Positions 10,483 through 20,669 of a DNA stretch of 32,000 nucleotides are shown here, piece by piece; the stretch's first letter is position 1, and each line of letters opens with the position of its first letter. Both the position numbers and the translations under genes were made by a program. The notes under the pieces were generated by a model. The model had not been told where the DNA came from and did not search any database. It saw only the letters and a list, made by a program, of their open reading frames with translations. Origin of the DNA: Candidatus Blochmanniella floridana (GTDB lineage Bacteria > Pseudomonadota > Gammaproteobacteria > Enterobacterales > Enterobacteriaceae). Where the stretch lies: NCBI GenBank assembly GCA_000043285.1, contig BX248583.1:90001-122000 (forward strand). The letters are read 5' to 3'.

Positions 10483-11022
10483 TTAGAGTTTATGTTTGTT
10501 TTTAGCTCGTTTGAAGGAGTTAAGAATTTCTATTTTAGAGTCTTCAACATGTTTCCATGCTTTAATTTCTACCCATTTTTTAGATTCTAAGTCTTTATAG
10601 TATTTAAAAAAATGACTAATTTGATTTCGTGTTAATTTAGATAGATGATTTATATCGTGAATTGCCGAGTATTCCTGAGAAACGGAATTATCAGGCACTG
10701 CAATAATTTTGGAATCTTCACCGGATTCATCAGTCATTTCTAGCATTCCTATTGGACGACAGTGAATTACTGATCCTATAAGTAGAGGATAAGGAGTAGG
10801 GACTAGTACATCTATAGGATCTCCATCTAGTGATAACGTATGATTAATATATCCATAATTACAAGGATAAAACATAGGGGTAGCTATAAATCTGTTAACA
10901 AATATTGCTCCTGTGATTTTATCAATTTCGTACTTAATAGGATGAGAGTGAAGTGGAATTTCAATTATAACATATATGTCTTCGGGAATATTATTCCCAG
11001 CTGGAATTTGGTCGATTGTCAT
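10483..11022 (-). CDS. ppa: inorganic pyrophosphatase
   Basis: IPEDIYVIIEIP...PIKYEIDK...FYPCNYGYINHTLSLDGDPIDVLVPTPYPL matches E. coli Ppa almost residue for residue. Confidence 0.95.
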   Translation of the reverse strand: MTIDQIPAGNNIPEDIYVIIEIPLHSHPIKYEIDKITGAIFVNRFIATPMFYPCNYGYINHTLSLDGDPIDVLVPTPYPLLIGSVIHCRPIGMLEMTDESGEDSKIIAVPDNSVSQEYSAIHDINHLSKLTRNQISHFFKYYKDLESKKWVEIKAWKHVEDSKIEILNSFKRAKNKHKL

Positions 11023-11184
11023 TATATAATTTCTAATTAAAGTTGCTAATATATTAAAATTATAATATTTATCATTGATTCAATATATTGTTAGTATATT
11101 CTAATAGTGGTTAAAAATATATATTTTTTGTTAGAAATATATTACATAATTATATATTAAACAGTTTTATTGAACCATAAAGTA

Positions 11185-12159
11185 TTAATAGCATCTTGTT
11201 AAAATGAAATAAGCTAAATGTTTTAAAGCATGTTTATAAGGAGAAGGTGATAAAATATTAAGACAATTAATAGCTTTATTAATTTTAGTTTCCGCACATT
11301 TTCGAGTATAATCTAGTGATCCATATTGTTGCATGATGTTTAAAACCGTATATAGCAAATTTTGGTTATTTTTGTCTGTAATTGCTTGATGTATAATCGA
11401 TGCTTCTTTAGGAGTACTATGGTAAATAGCATGTAATAGAGGAAGAGTGAGTTTTCCTTCATTTAGGTCATTACCTATATTTTTACCAAAAGAGACAATA
11501 TCTGATGCATTATAATCTAACAAATCGTCAATTAATTGAAATGCAATACCTATATATTTTCCATAATTACTTAATGCTTGTTCTTGTTGGATATTAGCAT
11601 GAGCTAAAATTGCTGATGATTGTGAAGCTACTTCGAATAGGCGTGCTGTTTTTTTATAAATAATTTGCATATAATTGTTCATAGTAATAGTAGGGTCATT
11701 ACAATATGTTAATTGTAGTATTTCTCCTTCTGCGATTATGTTAACCGCATCAGCCATTAAAGATAATATTCGTAAAGATTGTAGTTCTGTCATCATTTGA
11801 AAGGCTCGAGTATATATAAAATCTCCTATTAATATACTGGCAGGATTTCCAAAAATTATATTGGCAGTTGTTTTTCCTCTTCTTGTTGTAGAGTGGTCTA
11901 TTACATCATCATGCAACAAAGTAGCTGTATGAATGAATTCTATTAATGTAGCAAGAATAGTATGTTGTGTTTTATTATATGTTAATGATTTTGCAATTAA
12001 TAAAATCATTGTTGATCTAATTTTTTTGCCTCCACTATTGATAATATATTTAATAAATTTATTAATTAAAATAATATTAGATTTTAATCTTTTGTGAATT
12101 TCAAAATTAATATTGATTATATCTTGTTTAATCAGTTTATTGATTTGATTAATGTTCAT
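11185..12159 (-). CDS. ispB: octaprenyl-diphosphate synthase
   Basis: LIEFIHTATLLHDDVIDHS (first DDxxD motif), GDFIYTRAFQMM and FQLIDDLLDY (second motif) are colinear with E. coli IspB. It is divergent from rplU as in E. coli. Confidence 0.93.
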   Translation of the reverse strand: MNINQINKLIKQDIININFEIHKRLKSNIILINKFIKYIINSGGKKIRSTMILLIAKSLTYNKTQHTILATLIEFIHTATLLHDDVIDHSTTRRGKTTANIIFGNPASILIGDFIYTRAFQMMTELQSLRILSLMADAVNIIAEGEILQLTYCNDPTITMNNYMQIIYKKTARLFEVASQSSAILAHANIQQEQALSNYGKYIGIAFQLIDDLLDYNASDIVSFGKNIGNDLNEGKLTLPLLHAIYHSTPKEASIIHQAITDKNNQNLLYTVLNIMQQYGSLDYTRKCAETKINKAINCLNILSPSPYKHALKHLAYFILTRCY

Positions 12160-12222
12160 GTGGATTTTGTGTAATTATTATATGGTGATACAATAAAGTT
12201 TAATTAAAAATAATTTTTTTAA

Positions 12223-12250
12223 TTTACAAACGTTTTTATATATGTATGAT
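12223..12250 (+). promoter_or_regulatory. candidate sigma70 promoter for rplU-rpmA
   Basis: TTTACA (12223-12228), a 16-nt spacer, then TATGAT (12245-12250), about 35 nt upstream of the rplU ATG in the ispB/rplU divergent spacer. AT-rich background makes false positives likely. Confidence 0.3.
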
Positions 12251-12285
12251 AATATCAGATTACAATAAAGGATGGGTTATTATTT

Positions 12286-12669
12286 ATGTATGCAGTTTTT
12301 CAAATAGGAAGTAAACAGTATTATGTACGTACAGGTCAGGTTATTTTTATTGATCGAGTAAAATTAGATATTGGGAATCAAATAGAATTTAATCAGGTTC
12401 TTTTAATTAGGGATATGAAGAATATTTATATAGGAAATCCGTTTATTCAAAACGGAAAAATTATAGCAGATATTCTTGATCATAGTCTTGGTAAAAAAAT
12501 AAGAATTGTTAAGTTTCGTCGTCGTAAACATTTTCGTAAATTTCAAGGTCATCGGCAGTGCATGACAAAAATAAAAGTTGTGAAAATTAATAGTAATAAT
12601 AGTGATATTGAATGTTATAAAAGTGTGGATATTGAAACAAAAATAGGAGAAGAAGTACATGGCGCATAA
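12286..12669 (+). CDS. rplU: 50S ribosomal protein L21 with a 24-residue C-terminal extension
   Basis: Residues 1-103 align 1:1 with E. coli L21 (MYAVFQ...[21 protein letters not shown]). The ORF then continues for 24 codons and overlaps rpmA by 11 nt. Confidence 0.93.
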   Translation: MYAVFQIGSKQYYVRTGQVIFIDRVKLDIGNQIEFNQVLLIRDMKNIYIGNPFIQNGKIIADILDHSLGKKIRIVKFRRRKHFRKFQGHRQCMTKIKVVKINSNNSDIECYKSVDIETKIGEEVHGA

Positions 12670-12916
12670 AAAAGCTGGAGGTTCTACTCGTAATGGACGG
12701 GATTCTCGAGGAAAGAGATTAGGAGTAAAGCATTTTGGAGGAGAGATAATATCTGCTGGTACTATTATTGTACGTCAACGTGGAAATAAATTTCATCCTG
12801 GTAAATATGTAGGATGTGGAAGAGATCATACTCTTTTTGCTTTGCAATCAGGAAAGTTATTATTTGAAAAAAAAGGAAAATTACAACGTAGATTAGTTAG
12901 TATTATTGTTGAATAA
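12659..12916 (+). CDS. rpmA: 50S ribosomal protein L27
   Basis: [16 protein letters not shown]...KRLGVK.FGGE...[20 protein letters not shown] matches E. coli L27. Confidence 0.95.
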   Translation: MAHKKAGGSTRNGRDSRGKRLGVKHFGGEIISAGTIIVRQRGNKFHPGKYVGCGRDHTLFALQSGKLLFEKKGKLQRRLVSIIVE

Positions 12917-13180
12917 GTGTTGTTATGTAAATTAGAGTTTTTGAAAATTATAAAAATGTATATAAAAATTCGATAATTGATTAGTACTAATATATTTTTA
13001 ATTGCATAATGTAATAAGAGAGTTTTATATGGATACAATAAATTGAGTAATGAAATTAATTATTTAGATTTGTGAATGGTATAAAGAGAATGAGATGTAT
13101 ATCAAGAAATGAATATTTAAATAGGATTTGAGGAAATAGTAGTTAATTAAGGTATAGTTTAGAACAATTAAGGATTATAT

Positions 13181-14235
13181 GTGAGATTTGTTGATTCAGT
13201 TAGTATTACTGTAATTGCAGGTAGTGGAGGCAACGGTTGTATTAGTTTAAAAAAAAAAATGGTTTAATATGGAAATTTGAGAGTAGTAATGGTGGAGATG
13301 GCGGAAGTGTTTTATTTATGGCTGATCCTAAATTAAATACTTTAAGTCATTTTAATCATAATAATCATGTATTCAGAGCTGAAAATGGAAAGTCAGGGGG
13401 GAGTGGTAGTTGTACTGGAAGAAGAGGAAAAGATGTAGTTATACAAGTGCCTTTAGGAACGAAAATATTTTGCTCGAAAACTCATAAGTTATTGGGAGAC
13501 ATGATTCAGTATCGTAATATTCCTTTGATGGTAGCTCGTGGAGGTCGCCGTGGTTTGGGAATTAGAAATAATCGCGTTAAAAAGAATATAATACATAAGA
13601 AGAATAAAGATGTTATACAGAATAGAATTCAAGGGGAAGTTGGAGAGTGTAAAAATTTGTTATTAGAATTAAATTTAATAGCAGATGTTGGGATAGTTGG
13701 ATTACCTAATTCTGGAAAATCTAGTTTTGTGAGAATAATATCAAAAGCTACACCTAAAGTCGCAGATTATCCGTTTACTACGTTGGTTCCTCAGTTGGGT
13801 TCTGTGAAAGTAGATGGCTACGCAGATAACAATAGGTTTATTATAGCGGATATTCCAGGTATAATTAAAGGAGCTTCTTCAGGATGTGGTTTAGGATTAA
13901 GATTTTTAAAACATTTAACACGATGTCGTATGTTGTTACATTTTGTTGATATTAATTCCGTAGATGATTCTGATCCTGTAAAAAATATTATTGATATTGA
14001 GCAAGAATTAAGTAATTACGATGCGCAATTAATTAATAAACCTCGGTGGTTAGTGTTTAATAAAATAGATTTATTAACACAGTCTGAATTATTTAAAAAG
14101 ATTGATGTTATTGTTAAATCTGTTCAATGGTCAGGTCGTTATTATGCTATTTCTATTAAGCATAATGTTAATATATCTGAATTATGTTATGATATTATGA
14201 ATTGTATTGTTCATCATGCTGAAGTATATAGATGA
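13181..14235 (+). pseudogene. obgE: GTPase ObgE/CgtA, interrupted by a frameshift in a poly(A) run; possibly still expressed by slippage
   Basis: GTG at 13181 opens frame 2: VRFVDSVSITVIAGSGGNGCISLKKK, compared with E. coli [26 protein letters not shown]. That frame stops at TAA 13265-13267. Frame 1 carries the rest (KFESSNGGDGGSVLFMADPKLNTL..., G1 motif GLPNSGKS, DIPG, NKID). Frame 1 is closed upstream by TAG 13243-13245, so the switch lies in the A11 run at 13249-13259. Confidence 0.85.
13249..13259 (+). other. A11 homopolymer at the obgE frameshift site
   Basis: The sequence is attagttt-aaaaaaaaaaa-tggttta. Twelve As would read ISLKKKNGLIWKFESSNGGDGG, colinear with E. coli ObgE. Confidence 0.9.
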
Positions 14236-14320
14236 TGCTTATAAAATTTGATGTATTTATTATAAATATATTTCATGTTGTGAGGGTATAAGAGTTAAAT
14301 TTTTACTGAAATAAGATTTT

Positions 14321-14809
14321 ATGACAAGAAAAATAGAACGAATTCCGATGACTCAGAATGGGGTTGAAAAATTAAGAAAAAAGTTAGAGTATTTAAAAAA
14401 TGTTCTTCGACCAGAGATTATAAAAAATATTTCTGAAGCTCGTAAACATGGTGATTTAAAAGAAAATTCTGAGTATCATGCAGCTAGAGAACAACAAGGG
14501 TTTTGTGAAGGTCGTATTCAAGAAATAGAGTTCAAATTATCTAATGCATATATTATTGATGTTACTAAAGTTGCTGAAGAACAAAAGGTTGTATTTGGTG
14601 TAACGGTTTGTGTTGAAAAATTGGATACACAATCTAAACAGGTATATCGTATTGTAGGTGATGATGAAGCAAATTATAAAAAAAATATGATTTCTATTAA
14701 TTCTCCTATTGCAAGAGGATTGATTGGTAATACTATAGGAGATATTGTGACTATTAACACTCCTCAAGGTAATATTACATATAAAATAATTCAAATTCAG
14801 TACGTGTAA
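14321..14809 (+). CDS. greA: transcription elongation factor GreA
   Basis: IPMT..G.EKLR..L..LK...[32 protein letters not shown] and [12 protein letters not shown] match E. coli GreA. Confidence 0.93.
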   Translation: MTRKIERIPMTQNGVEKLRKKLEYLKNVLRPEIIKNISEARKHGDLKENSEYHAAREQQGFCEGRIQEIEFKLSNAYIIDVTKVAEEQKVVFGVTVCVEKLDTQSKQVYRIVGDDEANYKKNMISINSPIARGLIGNTIGDIVTINTPQGNITYKIIQIQYV

Positions 14810-14843
14810 TAATGAGTTTGTAAAAGAGTATTTAGATAATAGA

Positions 14844-14870
14844 ATAATATATATAATATATATAATATAT
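14844..14870. repeat. three tandem copies of the 9-mer ATAATATAT
   Basis: Read directly: ataatatat ataatatat ataatatat att, with the AA dinucleotide recurring at period 9. It lies in the greA-rlmE spacer. Confidence 0.6.
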
Positions 14871-15165
14871 ATTGTTATAAATTTTATGTTTATAATATTT
14901 ATTGATTATGGATATTATATAATAAGTTTGTTATTATTAACTCTGTAGGTATATTTGTTTAAGATTTTGTATTTAAGAATGAGATAATGTTATTTTGTGC
15001 TGAGCAATATGAGTGTGTATGTAATAGTGGTGAATTAGAATAATATGATGAATTTTATTATTTGGTGATTAATAATTTTATTGTATGATTAACAGAGTGT
15101 TGAAATAGTATAAATTATCATTTAACATAGTTGGAATAGATTATATAGATAATTGATACAGTGTA

Positions 15166-15816
15166 GTGGTTGAGAATGTTAATAAAAAAGAATGGGTGTT
15201 CATCAAAGTGAATACAAAATATTTCATCGATCAATATGCATTACAAGCACAGAATCAAAAATTAAGGTCTCGATCTTGGTTTAAGCTTCAATCAATCGAC
15301 CGTCTTGATAAGTTGTTGAAACAGGGTATGACAGTAATAGATTTAGGATCTACTCCTGGAGGTTGGTCATCTTATGTAATAAAACAAATAAGTAATTTAG
15401 GAACAATTGTTTCATGTGATATATTACCCATGAAAAAGATTGCTGGGGTTAAATTTTTACAAGGAGATTGTTCAAATATAAATTTTTTGAATGAAATAGA
15501 CTTAAAAATAAAGCATAAGAGGGCTCAGGTTGTTTTATCTGATATGTCTCCTAACACGACGGGTATATCTACGGTTGATGTATGTAAGTCTATATATCTT
15601 GGAAAGATAGCATTAAATATGTGTTGTCGTTTTTTAGCACCTGGCGGGTCTTTTTTAGTAAAAATTTTTCAAGGGGACGGTTTTGATCAATATTTGTATA
15701 ATTTAAAGTGTTTATTTCATAAAGTTAAAGTGCGTAAACCTAGTTCTTCTAGATCTCATTCTCGTGAGGTTTATATTGTATCAAAAGATTTTAAATATAA
15801 AAGAATTAATATATAG
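15166..15816 (+). CDS. rlmE: 23S rRNA (uridine2552-2'-O)-methyltransferase
   Basis: KYFIDQYALQAQNQKLRSRSWFKL, GMTVIDLGSTPGGWSSYV, VLSDMSPN, LAPGGSFLVKIFQG and KVRKPSSSRSHSREVYIV match E. coli RlmE (FtsJ). The start is uncertain: there is no in-frame ATG, and the candidates are GTG at 15166, 15196 and 15208. Confidence 0.88.
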   Translation: MVENVNKKEWVFIKVNTKYFIDQYALQAQNQKLRSRSWFKLQSIDRLDKLLKQGMTVIDLGSTPGGWSSYVIKQISNLGTIVSCDILPMKKIAGVKFLQGDCSNINFLNEIDLKIKHKRAQVVLSDMSPNTTGISTVDVCKSIYLGKIALNMCCRFLAPGGSFLVKIFQGDGFDQYLYNLKCLFHKVKVRKPSSSRSHSREVYIVSKDFKYKRINI

Positions 15817-15867
15817 GATTGTGTTGATTAAATTTGTTAAAATTTGTTGTAATGAGAGGTTAATCTT

Positions 15868-17802
15868 TTGAGTGATATGATAAAGAACCTGATTCTTTGG
15901 TTAGCGATTGCGGTTGTATTGATTTCTTTATTTCAAAGTTTTGGTTCTAATGATTCTAGTAATCGAAAAGTTGATTATTCCACTTTTATGTATGAATTGA
16001 ATCAAGATCAAATTAAAGAAGCGCGTATTAATGGTCGGGAAATTGTGGTTATAAAAAAAGATAGTAGTCGTTATACTACTTATATTCCTGTAAATGATCC
16101 GAAGTTGCTTGATATATTATTAACAAAAAAAGTTAAAGTTGTTGGAGAACCTCCCGAAGAACCTAGTTTAATTACATCTATTTTTATTTCTTGGTTTCCG
16201 ATGTTATTGTTGATTGGTGTATGGATTTTTTTTATGCGTCAAATGCAAGGAGGTGGAAAGGGAGCAATGTCTTTTGGTAAAAGTAAGGCTAGGATGTTGT
16301 CTGAAAATCAGATTAAAACTACTTTTGACGATGTAGCAGGATGTGATGAAGCGAAGGAAGAGGTGAAAGAATTAGTAGATTATTTGCGTGAGCCTAATAA
16401 GTTTCAAAAATTAGGAGGAAAAATTCCTAAGGGTATTTTATTAATTGGACCTCCTGGAACAGGTAAAACTTTATTAGCTAAAGCTATTGCTGGAGAAGCT
16501 AAAGTTCCTTTTTTTACTATTTCTGGATCTGATTTTGTAGAAATGTTTGTTGGGGTAGGTGCATCTAGAGTACGAGATATGTTTGATCAAGCTAAAAAAT
16601 CTGCTCCTTGTATTATTTTTATTGATGAGATTGACGCTGTTGGAAGACAAAGAGGTGCAGGATTAGGAGGAGGACATGATGAACGAGAACAGACGTTGAA
16701 TCAAATGTTGGTAGAAATGGATGGTTTTGAAGGAAATGAAGGTATTATTGTAATAGCAGCTACTAACCGACCAGATGTGTTAGATCCTGCGTTGTTGAGG
16801 CCGGGAAGATTTGATCGGCAAGTTGTAGTAGGATTGCCTGATATTCGAGGTAGGGCTCAGATATTGCAAGTTCATATTAAATCTGTACCTTTAGGGTCAG
16901 ATGTTGATATATCAGTAATTGCTCGGGGTACGCCTGGATTTTCTGGAGCAGATTTAGCTAATCTTGTAAATGAAGCAGCATTATTTGCTGTTAGAGATTC
17001 TAAACAAGCGGTATCGATGTTACAGTTTGAAAAAGCTAAAGATAAAATCATGATGGGATCAGAACGACGATCTATGGTTATGACTGAAATTCAAAAAGAG
17101 TTTACTGCTTATCATGAAGCGGGACATGCTATAATAGGAAGATTAGTGCCAGAACATGATCCTGTGCATAAGGTAACGATTATTCCTAGAGGTCGTGCTT
17201 TAGGGATAACGTTTTTTTTACCTGAATCAGATTCAATCAGTATTAGTAAACAAAAGTTAGAAAGTCAAATTTCTACATTATACGGTGGTCGTCTTGCTGA
17301 AGAAATAATTTATGGTGTGAATAGAGTATCTACTGGTTCTGCTAATGATATTAAAGTAGCTACATCTATTGCTCGTAATATGGTAACGCAATGGGGTTTT
17401 TCAGAAAAACTAGGGCCATTATTATATGCAGAAGAGGAAGGGGAAATTTTTCTTGGTCGTTCAGTAGCTAAAGTTAAACATGTATCTGATGAAACTGCTC
17501 GTATTATTGATCAAGAAATTAAATTATTGATTGAGAGGAATTATTTAAGGGCTCGTACATTATTAACAGAAAATATGGATATTTTACATTCTATGAAAGA
17601 TGCTCTAATGCAATATGAGACTATAAATGCATCTCAAATAGATAATTTAATGAATAGAAAATCAATCCAATCTTTATCGTATGATAAAGATTGTGACGAA
17701 ATAAATGATGATGAAAAGAATAATATTTGTGTTGATCACGAAATGCAATCAAAATCTATGGATAAAAAGTCTTACGATAATAAACCAAATGTTGTATCGT
17801 AA
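15868..17802 (+). CDS. ftsH: ATP-dependent zinc metalloprotease FtsH
   Basis: Near-identity with E. coli FtsH across the Walker A motif [18 protein letters not shown], Walker [10 protein letters not shown], the SRH motif and the zinc site HEAGHA. The TTG at 15868 sits 8 nt after GAGAGG. The ATG at 15877 (MIKNLILW, matching the E. coli MAKNLILW N-terminus) is an alternative start. Confidence 0.97.
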   Translation: MSDMIKNLILWLAIAVVLISLFQSFGSNDSSNRKVDYSTFMYELNQDQIKEARINGREIVVIKKDSSRYTTYIPVNDPKLLDILLTKKVKVVGEPPEEPSLITSIFISWFPMLLLIGVWIFFMRQMQGGGKGAMSFGKSKARMLSENQIKTTFDDVAGCDEAKEEVKELVDYLREPNKFQKLGGKIPKGILLIGPPGTGKTLLAKAIAGEAKVPFFTISGSDFVEMFVGVGASRVRDMFDQAKKSAPCIIFIDEIDAVGRQRGAGLGGGHDEREQTLNQMLVEMDGFEGNEGIIVIAATNRPDVLDPALLRPGRFDRQVVVGLPDIRGRAQILQVHIKSVPLGSDVDISVIARGTPGFSGADLANLVNEAALFAVRDSKQAVSMLQFEKAKDKIMMGSERRSMVMTEIQKEFTAYHEAGHAIIGRLVPEHDPVHKVTIIPRGRALGITFFLPESDSISISKQKLESQISTLYGGRLAEEIIYGVNRVSTGSANDIKVATSIARNMVTQWGFSEKLGPLLYAEEEGEIFLGRSVAKVKHVSDETARIIDQEIKLLIERNYLRARTLLTENMDILHSMKDALMQYETINASQIDNLMNRKSIQSLSYDKDCDEINDDEKNNICVDHEMQSKSMDKKSYDNKPNVVS

Positions 17803-17924
17803 AGAATTATTTTTATTGTTTGGTACAATTTTTAATTCTGATAAAAGACATGGATGTATTTTGGTTAATTGTATGTATATATGTGTATGTTAATAATTAT
17901 TAGTGAGGATGGTATAATAATATT

Positions 17925-18770
17925 GTGAAATTAATTTCAAATAAACGTGTTTTAGATCTTTTCAATACTCAGGTAATGGGCATTTTAAATTTGACTCCCG
18001 ATTCTTTTTATGATGGAGGATTATATAATACTCTTTCTAAGTCAATTGATCATGTAAGTAAAATGATTAATTATGGAGCTACTTTAATTGATATTGGAGG
18101 CGAGTCTACTAGACCAGGATCTAATAGAATTAGTGATGAAGAAGAAGCAAATCGAGTTTTGCCAATATTACGGGAAATAATGAATAGATTTGATGTTTTT
18201 ATTTCAATAAATACGTCATCAGCGTTGGTAATGAGTGAAAGTATTAAGTTAGGAGTACATTTGATTAATGATATTCGTTCCTTTGATTCTGAAGAATCAT
18301 TACGAGTTGCAGTGTGTTCTGAATTACTTGTTTGTGTGATGCATATGAAGAATAGTATGCATTATTCTGATATTTTGCATGAAGTAGATAATTATTTTAA
18401 AGAACAAATTGTTCGTTTCGAATTAGCAGGTATGAATAGAACACAGTTATTGCTTGATCCTGGTTTTGGTTTTGGAAAAACAGTAAGTGATAATTATAGG
18501 TTATTATCTAATTTAAATTATTTTCATCATTTTAATTTACCATTGTTAGTTGGAGTATCAAGAAAATCAATGTTTAATTTGAACGGCATAAATAACGCGA
18601 TGTCATCATTGCCTAAGCATAGGTTAATTGCAAGTGTATCTGCAGTTGTGATTGCTGCTATGAAGGGAGTTCAAATTGTTCGAGTACATGATGTTAAAGA
18701 AACGATGGAAGCATTGAATGTAGTGAGAGTGGTTCAGAAAAATCATCAAGATAGGGAAATGGCGAAATAG
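17925..18770 (+). CDS. folP: dihydropteroate synthase
   Basis: [46 protein letters not shown] and [10 protein letters not shown] match E. coli FolP. The GTG start aligns with E. coli MKL. Confidence 0.93.
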   Translation: MKLISNKRVLDLFNTQVMGILNLTPDSFYDGGLYNTLSKSIDHVSKMINYGATLIDIGGESTRPGSNRISDEEEANRVLPILREIMNRFDVFISINTSSALVMSESIKLGVHLINDIRSFDSEESLRVAVCSELLVCVMHMKNSMHYSDILHEVDNYFKEQIVRFELAGMNRTQLLLDPGFGFGKTVSDNYRLLSNLNYFHHFNLPLLVGVSRKSMFNLNGINNAMSSLPKHRLIASVSAVVIAAMKGVQIVRVHDVKETMEALNVVRVVQKNHQDREMAK

Positions 18771-18771
18771 T

Positions 18772-20130
18772 ATGAAGCGGAGTAAGTATTTTGGAACTGA
18801 TGGTATTAGAGGTAGAGTAGGTTTATCTCCTATTACTCCAGATTTTATACTTAAGTTAGGTTGGGCTGCTGGAAAGGTATTAAGTAATTATGGTAGTGGT
18901 AGATCTAAGCAGGTGATTATTGGAAAGGATACTCGTATTTCTGGATATATGTTAGAATCAGCTTTAGAAGCTGGTTTAGCTGCTTCTGGTTTATCTGCAG
19001 CATTAACAGGGCCTATGCCTACTCCAGCTATAGCATATTTAACTCGTACTTTTAGAGCTGAGGCTGGAATTGTTATTTCTGCTTCTCATAATCCTTTTTA
19101 TGATAATGGTATTAAGTTTTTTTCTATTAAAGGTACTAAATTAGATACTCAAGTAGAGTATTTTATTGAAACAGAATTAAATAAATGCTTAAAATGTATT
19201 CAACCGAAGTTATTAGGAAAAGCCAAACGAATTATTGATGCTGCTGGTCGTTATATTGAATTTTGTAAAGGAACATTTCCGGCACATTTAAGTTTAAAGA
19301 AACTAAGAATTGTTGTAGATTGTGCTAATGGGGCTACTTATCATATCGCTCCAAATGTACTAAGAGAGTTAGGAGCAGATGTTATTGCAATTTCTTGTAA
19401 TCCGAATGGAATAAATATTAATAATAAATGTGGATCGACAGATATTCGTCGTTTAAGGACTCAAGTATTGTTAAAAAAAGCAGATTTAGGTATTGCTTAT
19501 GATGGAGATGGGGATAGAGTGATTATGGTAGATCATATTGGTAATAAAGTTGATGGAGATCAGATGTTATATATTCTTGCTAAAGAGTATTTATATCAAA
19601 GAAAATTACATGGAGGTATAGTTGGTACTTGGATGAGTAATATGGGTTTAGCATTAGCATTGAGAGAATTAAATATTCCTTTTGTTAGAGCTAATGTTGG
19701 AGATCGTAGTGTGTTATTAATGTTAAGGGAAAAAGGCTGGTATATTGGTGGAGAGAATTCAGGGCATATCGTTTTGTTAGATAAGACAACTACAGGGGAT
19801 GGTATTATTGTAGCGTTACAGATATTATCTACTATGGTGTCTAATAGTGTGAGTTTATATGAATTATGTAATAATGTGTATTTATTGCCTCAAATTTTAA
19901 TAAATGTATATTGTTCTGGTTTTATTAATCCCTTGGAGTCTAGTGTAGTAAAAAAAGAAATACAGATAATTAAACAAGAATTGTCTGATCAAGGACGAAT
20001 ATTGTTGCGTCAATCTGGAACAGAGCCATATATTCGGGTTATGGTAGAAGGAAAACATTATAGTAAGATTTCATATTTAGCTAATAGAATTGTTTCAGTG
20101 ATTAAAGGTGAAATGCGGTCAGTAAATTAA
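18772..20130 (+). CDS. glmM: phosphoglucosamine mutase
   Basis: [12 protein letters not shown], the active-site loop [28 protein letters not shown] and GGENSGH match E. coli GlmM. It starts 1 nt after the folP stop codon. Confidence 0.95.
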   Translation: MKRSKYFGTDGIRGRVGLSPITPDFILKLGWAAGKVLSNYGSGRSKQVIIGKDTRISGYMLESALEAGLAASGLSAALTGPMPTPAIAYLTRTFRAEAGIVISASHNPFYDNGIKFFSIKGTKLDTQVEYFIETELNKCLKCIQPKLLGKAKRIIDAAGRYIEFCKGTFPAHLSLKKLRIVVDCANGATYHIAPNVLRELGADVIAISCNPNGININNKCGSTDIRRLRTQVLLKKADLGIAYDGDGDRVIMVDHIGNKVDGDQMLYILAKEYLYQRKLHGGIVGTWMSNMGLALALRELNIPFVRANVGDRSVLLMLREKGWYIGGENSGHIVLLDKTTTGDGIIVALQILSTMVSNSVSLYELCNNVYLLPQILINVYCSGFINPLESSVVKKEIQIIKQELSDQGRILLRQSGTEPYIRVMVEGKHYSKISYLANRIVSVIKGEMRSVN

Positions 20131-20232
20131 TTGATCTAATTATAGTAATATTTTTATTGGTATTATTTTAATGTATTGTTAATACAGTGTGAATGTGATT
20201 CAGGCTGTTAATATGGGAATGGTACAAAAATT

Positions 20233-20532
20233 ATGTATCAGTTTTTTTTGATTATATTTGTAGTAATAGCTGTAGTTTTAATTATTTTAATAATGTTACA
20301 ACAAAATAATGGTAATAGTATTGGAGGAGCATGTGATCATCGTTCTTTAGGGGATATGTTAAATTCAGGATCTTTTAATGATAATATTACTCGTGTCATT
20401 GTGATATTAGCAGTGTTATTTTTTTTATTTAGTTTATTATTAGGAAATATGAGTAGTAGATATAATTATCAAACACATATTAAGTATGATGATGAACGAA
20501 TTGATTCTAATAAAAATAAGGAACCTAAATAA
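20233..20532 (+). CDS. secG: preprotein translocase subunit SecG
   Basis: It has two hydrophobic segments, and IMLQQ..G matches E. coli SecG. Its position between glmM and tRNA-Leu is as in E. coli. Confidence 0.9.
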   Translation: MYQFFLIIFVVIAVVLIILIMLQQNNGNSIGGACDHRSLGDMLNSGSFNDNITRVIVILAVLFFLFSLLLGNMSSRYNYQTHIKYDDERIDSNKNKEPK

Positions 20533-20669
20533 TTTAGGTTACGATGACTATCGTTCTTAGTAATAAGAATAATTAAATATAGTTATTATATGTGTTGAAT
20601 TGAAGTTATTGTAAAATGGATTAATTAGTGAAAAATGAAGTTGATATATATATATATTATAGTGTTATT

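Noticed and set aside
12980-12991. Perfect 12-nt palindrome ATTAGTACTAAT in the rpmA-obgE spacer.
   Set aside because: At this base composition, 12-nt palindromes are expected many times per 32 kb by chance. As a hairpin it would form only about 4 bp.
12826-13038. 70-aa minus-strand ORF overlapping the rpmA 3' end and the rpmA-obgE spacer.
   Set aside because: It has no similarity to anything I recognise, including yhbE (which lies on the + strand here in E. coli). It overlaps a ribosomal protein gene and its composition is that of AT-rich noise.
17705-17893. 62-aa + strand ORF overlapping the ftsH 3' end and the ftsH-folP spacer.
   Set aside because: It is an out-of-frame overlap with ftsH. 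It has no ribosome-binding site and no recognisable homology.
20522-20569. Three small consecutive hairpins at and after the secG stop: aacctaaa-taa-tttaggtt with the stop codon in the loop, acgat-gact-atcgt, and ttctta-gtaa-taagaa.
   Set aside because: Stems of 5-8 bp that are mostly A-T are expected by chance. No adjacent T-run is present, so I cannot support a terminator or regulatory call.
20644-20657. (AT)7 microsatellite upstream of tRNA-Leu, with a possible TTGATA -35 element at 20641.
   Set aside because: No -10 hexamer lies at acceptable spacing. In E. coli, leuU is co-transcribed with secG. This is simple low-complexity sequence.
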